DNA of 63,968 nt, filler included, from Octopus bimaculoides (taxonomy: Eukaryota), in assembly GCF_001194135.2 (NCBI RefSeq). It is 7 parts of 6 records of this genome, joined end to end, with 100 filler letters (N's around TTAATTAATTAA, not from the genome) between each part and the next. Parts side by side here need not be neighbours in the genome. Positions count along the whole stretch, not along the records: positions 50,326 to 61,883 come from NC_068983.1; positions 61,984 to 63,968 come from NC_068985.1; 5 more parts are not named here. One strand, given 5' to 3'. This document shows, piece by piece, positions 54,662 to 63,968 of the stretch. The stretch's first letter is position 1; every line of letters starts with the position of its first letter. Position numbers and translations under genes: made by a program. The notes under the pieces are model-generated. The model searched no databases. It was given only the letters and a program-made list of their open reading frames with translations, and was not told the origin of the DNA.

Positions 54662-55916
54662 GAGTGAGAGAGCAGTGAATACCATCAAAGTGACACTGAG
54701 GTAAAATATAAGAAGCCCGGTGTACCCATCATGACTACCCGTCTGACAATGGTACACCAGGCACATGCATCACAACCATATGTGTACGACAGGTAATATT
54801 ATATCAAGATAAACAGCGAATGACCTTGCAGGTGGGGCCCAGTTAGAATTTTCTTCATGTCGAGTAGCCCATCCCACTCAAAAGGTCCCTGAATAAGGGT
54901 TGTTTACATATGTTGAACGAAAGACTCATATTTAATATCATTTCGCCCGTCGTTACGTTCTAAGTTCAAATTCCGCTGAGGTCGACTTTGCCTTTCATCC
55001 TTTCGGGGTCGATAAATTAAGTACTGATTGTGTAATGGGGTCGATCTAATCGACTGGCCCCCTCCCCAAAATTTTGGGCCTTGTGAGNNNNNNNNNNNNN
55101 NNNNNNNNNNNNNNNNNNNNNNNNNNNNNNNNNNNNNNNNNNNNNNNNNNNNNNNNNNNNNNNNNNNNNNNNNNNNNNNNNNNNNNNNNNNNNNNNNNNN
55201 NNNNNNNNNNNNNNNNNNNNNNNNNNNNNNNNNNNNNNNNNNNNNNNNNNNNNNNNNNNNNNNNNNNNNNNNNNNNNNNNNNNNNNNNNNNNNNNNNNNN
55301 NNNNNNNNNNNNNNNNNNNNNNNNNNNNNNNNNNNNNNNNNNNNNNNNNNNNNNNNNNNNNNNNNNNNNNNNNNNNNNNNNNNNNNNNNNNNNNNNNNNN
55401 NNNNNNNNNNNNNNNNNNNNNNNNNNNNNNNNNNNNNNNNNNNNNNNNNNNNNNNNNNNNNNNNNNNNNNNNNNNNNNNNNNNNNNNNNNNNNNNNNNNN
55501 NNNNNNNNNNNNNNNNNNNNNNNNNNNNNNNNNNNNNNNNNNNNNNNNNNNNNNNNNNNNNNNNNNNNNNNNNNNNNNNNNNNNNNNNNNNNNNNNNNNN
55601 NNNNNNNNNNNNNNNNNNNNNNNNNNNNNNNNNNNNNNNNNNNNNNNNNNNNNNNNNNNNNNNNNNNNNNNNNNNNNNNNNNNNNNNNNNNNNNNNNNNN
55701 NNNNNNNNNNNNNNNNNNNNNNNNNNNNNNNNNNNNNNNNNNNNNNNNNNNNNNNNNNNNNNNNNNNNNNNNNNNNNNNNNNNNNNNNNNNNNNNNNNNN
55801 NNNNNNNNNNNNNNNNNNNNNNNNNNNNNNNNNNNNNNNNNNNNNNNNNNNNNNNNNNNNNNNNNNNNNNNNNNNCCTCCTCCAAAATTTCAGGCCTTGT
55901 ACCTATAGTAGAAAGG

Positions 55917-55952
<36 letters not shown>

Positions 55953-56045
55953 GTTATTAGTCAGTAGTCTTATTTTTATCACTTGCTTCCACTGCACTTA
56001 CTTCTGTTTACTACCAGGACTCATTCATACATGTTGTTGTTTCTT

Positions 56046-56340
56046 TCTTCTCGAGCCATGCCTGGCTCATAAGGGCCGGTTTCCCGGTTTCATTGGCGTA
56101 TAAGTTTTCCACCTGGACGGGACGCCGCTCCGTCGCAGATGAGCTGCTAGATGCAGGAGGAAAGAGTGAGAGAAAGTTGTGGTGAAAGAGTCAGCAGAGG
56201 TTCACCATTACCTTCTGCTGGAGCCACGTTGAGCTTAGGTGTTTCGCTCATAAACACACACATAGCCCGGCCTGAGATTCGAACCCTCGATCCCTCGACC
56301 GTGAGTCCGCTGCTCTAGCCACTAGATCATGTGGCTCCAC
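56046..56340 (-). mobile_element. tRNA-derived SINE family C (minus copy)
   Basis: Minus head gtggagccacatgatctagtggctagagcagcggactc...ggttcgaatc with A- and B-box-like motifs. Confidence 0.8.
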
Positions 56341-56645
56341 TACTCATACATACAGAGAGTAATCCCGTTCTATTTTACTCTTTTGCCTTTCCAGTATTGT
56401 TTTGTTTAATTTAAATGTATTAAATATATTTCTTTTAAAAATTAATATTCATTTAATAATTTTGTATGAGCAACAAAAATTTGATAAAAGTTAAATTATT
56501 ATTATTGCATGTACATCATATTTTCTGGTATAACCCATAGTGACAAAAGTATTCTTCCAAAATTACTCGTCATACGAGTAATGCTCTAGTTCATTTAATA
56601 ATTGTGGTCATTTTCCATTCTCTTATTAACGGTTTCAATATACAG

Positions 56646-56749
56646 CAACACCAGCTGACTGCCAAGCTGTATTGAATAAAGATAACAGCAGTGAAACAGG
56701 TTATTATTTTATAGACCCCGATAATGTTGGACCAATACAACCATTTGAG
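56646..56749 (+). CDS. Coding exon, start of fibrinogen-like module (STPADCQAVLNKDNSSETGYYFIDPDNVGPIQPFE), phase 1-0
   Basis: Acceptor aatatacag and donor GAG|GTAAGG. Motif DC...GYYFIDPD..GP..PF resembles the Caspr/neurexin IV fibrinogen-like N-terminus. Confidence 0.9.
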
Positions 56750-56790
56750 GTAAGGTTGTTTTATTTTTAAATATTAGTTACTGTTAATGT

Positions 56791-57135
56791 TGTGGAGACG
56801 CAATGGCCTAGTGGTTAGGGCAGCGGACTCGCGGTCATAGGATTGCTGTTTCGATTCCCAGACCGGGCGTTGTGAGTGTTTATTGAGTGAAAACACCTAA
56901 AGCTGTACTCTTTCACCACAACTTTCTCTCACTCTTTCTTCTTGTTTCTGTTGTGCCTGTAATTCAAAAGGGTCACACTGTGTCACGCTGAATATCCCCG
57001 AGAACTACGTTAAGGGTACACGTATCTGTGGAGTGCTCAGCCACTTGCACGTTAATTTCACGAGTAGGCTGTTCCATTGATCGGATCAACTGGAACCCTC
57101 GTCGTCGTAAGCGACGGAGTGCCAACAACAACAAC
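56791..57135 (+). mobile_element. tRNA-derived SINE family C (plus copy) with (CAA)n tail
   Basis: A-box TGGCCTAGTGG, B-box-like GTTTCGATTCC; 32-nt exact reverse complement of 56160-56191 at 56907-56938. Confidence 0.8.
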
Positions 57136-58349
57136 TGTTAATGTTATATAACCGCCAGCCAGTCCTGATCGGTTTTGTAATAAAGCCACCCTAGCCATAA
57201 CTAGTTCATCTTTTCATTCGGGTACGCTGCATCAAATACGATCATCTTCAAGTCGTTTAACATCCGTGTTCCATTTTAACATGTGTTGGATGGTTTGGCA
57301 AGAAACAACAGGTTCAAGAACAACATCGCACTTCACTGTATACTTTAGCATCGTTTTTTACGGTTAGACACCCTTTCTAACATCAGCCATTTTACAACGT
57401 ATACAGGATACTTTTTCGCGCTACCAGCACTATTGGGTACTTTTCTCGCGTTATTGCCAAGTAATTTACGAATCCCGAAAGGGTTGGCTAAGAAATACGT
57501 ATGAGAGACGGGAGAAAAGCAACAGCGGAGTGTGAATTGAGGGAGGTTTGCTTTAATTTGTTTCAGGTTGCATAACACCCCAAAACTCTCCTATTCTCTT
57601 GTATTGTATATAGGCGAAGGCATGGCTGTGTGGTAAGAAGTTTGCTCCCCAACCACATGGTTCTGGGTTCAGTCCCACTGTGTGGAACCTTGGGTAAAAT
57701 TCTTATCTTATACTATAGCCTGAGACCGATCAAATCCTTGTGAGTGGATTTGGTAAACGGAAGCTGAAAAAAACTCCGTCGTATGTGTGAGTGTGTGTGT
57801 ATGTACGTGTGTGTGTGTGTATGTATGTGTGTGTGTGTGTGTATGTACGTGTGTGTGTGTGTCCTTCACTAACAGGTGTTGATGTGTTTAATCCCCCGTA
57901 ACTTAATGACCCGGCAAAAGAGATCGATAAAATAAGCACCAGGTTTAAAAAATAGTAAGTGCTGGAGTTGATTCGTTCGACTAAATTTCTTCAGGGTGGT
58001 GCTGTAGCATGGCCGCAAGTAAATTAGTAAAAAATAGAAGTTAAAGATAACGGTGATTCATTCTGGGTTCTTTTTCCTACTCAAAAGCAAATCCTTATCG
58101 TTAACAAAACAGAACCAGAAAAACTGGTGAAGGTCTGCATCAGTAAAATTGGTTGTGGTGAGATGATATGGGGAATATAACGTTTAAAGACTGGCTTTTT
58201 GTCCGAGAAGATTTTTCTTTTAACTAATGGGGTTAAGTTAGGGCTTCTCAAGACGGAGGAGGCTTACCCCTAGGGGCGCGCGAGAGAAATTAGATGGGCA
58301 TGCGAAATCTGTAAAAACGCTGGAAATTTGAAGTAATCACAAAATTTTA

Positions 58350-58585
58350 TTGGGTTGGTGCATAATTCTTGCGATTTTTTTTCAACAAATTTTATTCGAC
58401 AAAAACAATAACAACATGTAACAAAAACATATTTAAATGATTATTCCTGAGCATATTCACCATCTACTTCAATTACTGCTTCCCATTTGCTTGGCAGACG
58501 GTCAGACCGCCATTTAAAGATGTTTTTGTCAAATATTGTTATTGTTTTTGTTGAATAAAATTTGTTGAAAAAAGCCGCAACCCAA
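58350..58585. mobile_element. Mariner-derived MITE with long imperfect TIRs and TA target duplication
   Basis: TA|TTGGGTTG...CAACCCAA|TA; about 75-bp inverted arms; interior minus frame RLPSKWEAVIEVDGEY resembles a mariner C-terminus. Confidence 0.8.
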
Positions 58586-58702
58586 TATCTTATTGACTTC
58601 GAAAGGATTAAAAAAATAATCGCTCTGGGATTTGAAATCATTAGCCCCACTCTGTGATATAGAAGTATGATAACCAAACTTTATTTTTGTGATTATTTAC
58701 AG

Positions 58703-58860
58703 GTCTACTGCATCATGGAGGGAGACCTTGGCATTACAGTTATTGAAACCGATTTTGACCAAGAGGTTATTCTTGGTACTCACAATGTGACTTACAATTA
58801 TGAAATTGAGGTCGTAAAGAAAATTGTTGAGATTTCTGAATTTTGCTACCAAACTATGTC
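58703..58860 (+). CDS. Coding exon continuing the Caspr-type module (VYCIMEGDLGITVIETDFDQEVILGTHNVTYNYEIEVVKKIVEISEFCYQTMS), phase 0-2
   Basis: Acceptor gattatttacag and donor TC|GTAAGT. Joins the previous exon to give PFE|VYC. The later IVEISEFCYQ resembles Caspr VIDGSEHCEQ. Confidence 0.9.
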
Positions 58861-59267
58861 GTAAGTGTTATCCTTTATTACAACCCAGCGTTTTACTCTT
58901 GAATAATTAAAACCGATATTTGATAAAAGAAAATTTACAGTTGATCATGTGATGTGAGGCCGAACAGGCAAGGTTTATATAACACCACTGATAACTGCAT
59001 TGTGTTGGAAGTAAATATATTTACCGTATTTACTCGTAAATAAGTTGCACTCGTGTATAAATCGCACCCCTGATTTAGAGTTAAATCTTTGGTACAACTT
59101 TTTTATCCTTCGTAGATTTGCCCTGTGTATAAGTTCAGTTCAGTTTTTTTCTGTTAAAATCAAGTATAAAGTACAAGTAAATTTATTTAGTTGTCAATAA
59201 CTTGTAGTAATGAGCAACATCGGCAGAACTGTCTTCTGGAATGAACGAGGCAGAGATGTGTTAAATC

Positions 59268-59415
59268 ATTACCACCGCCTTAGCGAAAGCAAAGGTATTG
59301 TTTTCAGTCGTGTTTGTTTGTTTGTCCGGGACAAGATATCTCGAATACTGCTGGATGGACTCGAATGAAACTTTCAGGGATGTTTGGCCTCGTGACTGGC
59401 ACGAACTGATTAGAG
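59268..59415 (+). mobile_element. Possible Helentron/DINE-like non-autonomous element 5' part
   Basis: ttaccaccgcc...aaggtattgttttc...(GTTT)n...gatatctcg...atgaaactttcagg pattern; recognised by resemblance only. Confidence 0.35.
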
Positions 59416-60015
59416 AGGTTGTCCAATCAGAAAGGACAGAGACGGAATTTTGAACAGTGACACATGTATGACTTGCTTCTTTATGTAAACTTTAAACACC
59501 TTCAAAGGGAGATTTTTGTCTACTAATTGCTAGGAAAATCTTCAAATGATGGAGGTCTTTCCACTCACTGTATTATATATGTAAGACGGTACATGCATTT
59601 AGCGTGTGGTACACTCTCCTGGGGCATTTCCCATCGTCCATATTGTTGATCATAATGAACATACATACATACATCTCTCTCTCTCTCTCTCGCTGTGAAG
59701 ATGCGCACAAATTTTCCTTTATTTCTTTATGTTTATGTATTTTCTTATTGAATGACATTATGGACAAACTATTTGAAAACTATGGATTATGCACGTGTCA
59801 CTGTAATTGTTTAAACATTCAGTCTAGAACAATCCAGAGAAATGTAATATTAACCAGTTATATAAACCCACAGTTCTTCGACTTGTAGCTAATTTGATAA
59901 GTGGTGCCAAGGCACGAAACTCTCAGACCTTGAGTAAGTCTGTTGATTCTGCTAAATATTAATAAAAATATACAATATTTTGAGTTTTATTTTTCCTGTT
60001 TGCATTACCATACAT

Positions 60016-60053
60016 CTGTCCGACGAACGGGAACGTGAAACTCTGAGTAACAG
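60016..60053 (+). ncRNA. Minimal type-I hammerhead ribozyme fold (U4C core variant) in a Penelope-type short repeat
   Basis: CUGU|CCGACGA|ACG-GGAA-CGU|GAA|ACUCUGAGU|A|ACAG. Stem I 4 bp, stem II 3 bp, near-palindromic stem III, GUA cleavage triplet. Confidence 0.7.
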
Positions 60054-61069
60054 TTTTTGTGATATTTCTGCTGCTTTTCAATAAAGCGTATTACTCTACT
60101 TCAGGTATTCGTGTACTATTTTATCCACCTTGTTTTGCATTTATGTGCTTACTCCGGTATATATATATATATATATNNNNNNNNNNNNNNNNNNNNNNNN
60201 NNNNNNNNNNNNNNNNNNNNNNNNNNNNNNNNNNNNNNNNNNNNNNNNNNNNNNNNNNNNNNNNNNNNNNNNNNNNNNNNNNNNNNNNNNNNNNNNNNNN
60301 NNNNNNNNNNNNNNNNNNNNNNNNNNNNNNNNNNNNNNNNNNNNNNNNNNNNNNNNNNNNNNNNNNNNNNNNNNNNNNNNNNNNNNNNNNNNNNNNNNNN
60401 NNNNNNNNNNNNNNNNNNNNNNNNNNNNNNNNNNNNNNNNNNNNNNNNNNNNNNNNNNNNNNNNNNNNNNNNNNNNNNNNNNNNNNNNNNNNNNNNNNNN
60501 NNNNNNNNNNNNNNNNNNNNNNNNNNNNNNNNNNNNNNNNNNNNNNNNNNNNNNNNNNNNNNNNNNNNNNNNNNNNNNNNNNNNNNNNNNNNNNNNNNNN
60601 NNNNNNNNNNNNNNNNNNNNNNNNNNNNNNNNNNNNNNNNNNNNNNNNNNNNNNNNNNNNNNNNNNNNNNNNNNNNNNNNNNNNNNNNNNNNNNNNNNNN
60701 NNNNNNNNNNNNNNNNNNNNNNNNNNNNNNNNNNNNNNNNNNNNNNNNNNNNNNNNNNNNNNNNNNNNNNNNNNNNNNNNNNNNNNNNNNNNNNNNNNNN
60801 NNNNNNNNNNNNNNNNNNNNNNNNNNNNNNNNNNNNNNNNNNNNNNNNNNNNNNNNNNNNNNNNNNNNNNNNNNNNNNNNNNNNNNNNNNNNNNNNNNNN
60901 NNNNNNNNNNNNNNNNNNNNNNNNNNNNNNNNNNNNNNNNNNNNNNNNNNNNNNNNNNNNNNNNNNNNNNNNNNNNNNNNNNNNNNNNNNNNNNNNNNNN
61001 NNNNNNNNNNNNNNNNNNNNNNNNNNNNNNNNNNNNNNNNNNNNNNNNNNNNNNNNNNNNNNNNNNNNN

Positions 61070-61128
<59 letters not shown>

Positions 61129-61982
61129 TATATGTATATGTATGTATGTATGTATTTCTGTGCCTGTGTTTGTTCCCCCACCATCGTTTGACAACCGGTG
61201 TTAGTGTGTTTACGTAACCGTAACTTAGCGGTTCGGTCAAAGAGACCGATAGAATAAGTACTAAGCTTACAAAGAATAAGTCCTGTGGTCGATTTGTTCG
61301 ACTAAAGGCGGTGCCCCAGCATGGCCGCAGTCAAATGACTGGAACAAGTAAAAGAATATATACACACACACACACATACATACATATACTCATACACACA
61401 TATGTATGTGTATGCGCGTGCGTATGTTTGTATACGTATGTATGTCTCTGTGTGTGCATGTATGATGCGTCCTGTCCAGCTCTTCGAAACGCCGGTGTTA
61501 AAACGGGGGTAGCTGATGAAGTAGAATGTTCTCTATGTGGCTTGTGTGTTTTCTCGTCTCTGTTTTGTTTGCAATGTCCTGTACCCAGATATGCACCTAT
61601 ACATACAGGTGGATGTCGGTATGCACATACCTGTACGTATATATGCATATACTCATTTACTATTTGTTTTTACAAATTGTAAGTAGTTTTCGTAACTTCA
61701 TATTTTCCGACGCTACTCTATCTCTTTCTCTTTCTCTTCCTCTATCATTTTTCCTCCTCTCGTTCTTCCTCTTTACTACTACGTATCTCGCTTTACTCCT
61801 CTCGTTCTTCCTCTGTTACTACTACGTATCTCTTTTTTCCCCTCGTACTTCCTCTCTTTCGCTCTTCCTTTCGTTGCTCACCTNNNNNNNNNNNNNNNNN
61901 NNNNNNNNNNNNNNNNNNNNNNNNNNNTTAATTAATTAANNNNNNNNNNNNNNNNNNNNNNNNNNNNNNNNNNNNNNNNNNN

Positions 61983-62325
61983 NCCTTTGTAGCAGTTGAC
62001 TATGATGCTGCTACACCAGTCATTGGGTATGACTCCTTCGTGTATCACCTGGTTCATAATACGGGTGACTAGGCTATAGCCAACACTGCCAGATATTTTG
62101 AGCATCTCTGCAGTGATTCCTGATGGGCCGGGGGCTTTCCCGGTCTTCATACTCTTAATTGCTTTATCTACCCTGGTACTATCAACTCGGATAGCTGGTC
62201 CCTCTATTGGGTCGACATACGGCAGGCTCTCTTCCTCCCATTCATTCTCTTTATTAAGCAATCTATCGTAGTGGCATCTCCAGACCTCTTTCTTTGCATC
62301 CTCATTTAGTGCAATGTGTCTGAAT
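61983..62325 (-). mobile_element. RTE-clade LINE fragment, same family as 30806-31620
   Basis: EVWRCHYDRLLNKENEWEEESLP...KAPGPSGITAEMLKISG...IPNDWCSSIIVNCYK. Confidence 0.9.
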
Positions 62326-62858
62326 AAAAACAAAAAACGTGAGAGTCACAGTTAGATTGTCTTTGATCATAGGTCTGTATGATCAAATATGATTGAGGTG
62401 ATTAGAGCATGTACCACCTAATCAAGGTTGACCTGGTGTTAAACAACAATTGCAATAACAACAACAATCTGGCCCTCTGCTAAGCTCGCCCTGTTCCACT
62501 TTTACCCAATCAAGGCACCCTCGAAACCACAACAGCAGCTCTACAGCCAAACATGATGGGGGTATCAAATAAAACATTGAAATCTGACTTCATTGAACCA
62601 ATGAAAACCTTCGACAGCCAACAACAGAAGGAGGAAGTGAGCTCAATGATTTTCCATGTAAGACGAACCAGTGAACATGAAAACATTGTTTATTGAGCCA
62701 CACATTTCTTAGACACAATTTCAATATGTTCAAGTTGAGATTTTCTCACACCATTCAATCTAATTAATATCACTGGACTATGAACATGGACAGAGATTAT
62801 TTACTTATACAAAACACTGTGGATTATTGCTAGTATTACTAATACTACTACTATTAAT

Positions 62859-63240
62859 ACAGGGTGCTGTAATGCTAACCATTGAAGAACGTACGTTTTT
62901 AGTTGAATGGTAGTTTCAAGCTGGAAACAAATACACAAATACTGTGAAACAGAAAGTAAAGTGGAACTTTTCCAAATACTGTTTGTTCCACATCTTGGCA
63001 CTGTGCAGAATTTTATAAGAAAATTTAGAAACACAGGCTCAGTGGAAGACGGGGCAAGAAGCAGTAGGCCTATTGATCTTTCTGACGAAACACTCTCCGA
63101 TATTTCTGATAAACTGTTGGTAAACTCGTCAAAGTCCTTAGGCTAATTGTCACAGGAAACGGAAATCACCCTAGGAAGTACTCACATGGCAGTAAAAAAG
63201 AAATTAAATTTCAACACCTCTTATAAAGTTTTTCAAAGTC
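62859..63240 (+). mobile_element. Tc1/mariner-superfamily transposase 5' fragment (DUF4817-type HTH)
   Basis: Starts CAGGGTG; MLTIEERTFLVEW*F...TVQNFIRKFRNTGSVEDGARSSRP...SKSLG*LSQETEITLGSTH. Confidence 0.7.
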
Positions 63241-63426
63241 TTGTAAAGTCTCATATATGCTTTTGTAGTCTTATACCATCTTATAGATATTTATTTTGCA
63301 ATAAAAGACTTACTGCGGAGAGATGTTTTGAACACCCTAAATTAATGCTATTATTAATATTATCAATAAAAAAAGAAAAAGCATTATTATTATATTATTA
63401 TCATTATTATTATTATTATTATTATT

Positions 63427-63739
63427 GAGTGAGAGAGCAGCGCATGCCATCAAAGTGACACTGGGGTAAAATATATGAAGTCCAGTATACCCATCAACTA
63501 CCCGTCTGATAAGGGTACACCAGGCATATGCATCACAACCATATGTGCGCGACAGGGTGATCTCATATGAAGATAAACAGCGCATGACTTCACAGGTGGG
63601 GCCCAGTTAGAATTTTCTTCAGGTCGAGTAGCCCATCCCGCTCAAAAGGTCCCTGAATAAGGTTTGCTTAAGGATGTTGAACAAAACACCTATGTTTCCA
63701 AAGGTGAATTATCCAAATTCCAAAGAATTCCTCTCAACA

Positions 63740-63741
<2 letters not shown>
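63427..63741 (-). mobile_element. R4/Dong family B 3' UTR copy embedded in (ATT)n
   Basis: Matches 54662-54930 and 50985-51240; ATT tracts on both flanks. Confidence 0.7.
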
Positions 63742-63742
<1 letters not shown>

Positions 63743-63776
<34 letters not shown>

Positions 63777-63851
63777 GTTATTGTTGTTCTTCTTCTTCTT
63801 CTTCTTCTTATTATTATTGTTGTTGTTATTGTTGTTGTTATTGTTGTTGTT

Positions 63852-63890
<39 letters not shown>

Positions 63891-63893
63891 GCT

Positions 63894-63968
<75 letters not shown>
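63743..63968. repeat. Compound (ATT)n/(TCT)n/(GTT)n microsatellite
   Basis: Direct reading. Confidence 0.95.

Noticed and set aside
56791-56870. tRNA gene
   Set aside because: A and B boxes are present but there is no full cloverleaf, and it continues into a repeated body; it is a SINE head.
59212-59280. NIGRTVFWNERG as the next Caspr-module exon
   Set aside because: No phase-2-compatible AG acceptor keeps that frame open; tested acceptors give stops.

Overview
AT-rich, gap-ridden eukaryotic scaffold. The tRNA-derived SINEs, very dense microsatellites and RTE/Penelope/mariner debris point to an animal genome, most likely an octopus (inference from repeat content). Nearly all listed ORFs are microsatellite or N-gap artefacts. 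The only well-supported host gene is four phase-compatible + strand exons (50382-58860) encoding EGF, calcium-binding EGF and a Caspr/neurexin-IV-type fibrinogen-like module; both ends of the gene are missing. The rest is transposon material: three SINE families, RTE and R4/Dong LINE pieces, Penelope-like RT and GIY-YIG remnants, Tc1/mariner elements, and hAT-, piggyBac- and mariner-type MITEs. The most notable signal is a set of minimal type-I hammerhead ribozyme folds in at least three short repeat families, with further degenerate candidates. They have palindromic stem III and non-canonical cores, one pair shows a compensatory stem-I change, two loci are divergent inverted pairs, and one copy lies sense in an intron of the host gene. 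Also noted: a CpG-depleted domain at about 24.6-47.4 kb that may hide a methylated gene, an inverted SINE pair bracketing a coding exon, and R4/Dong-type LINE ends sitting in (TAA)n tracts. Folds and alignments were read by eye, not computed.
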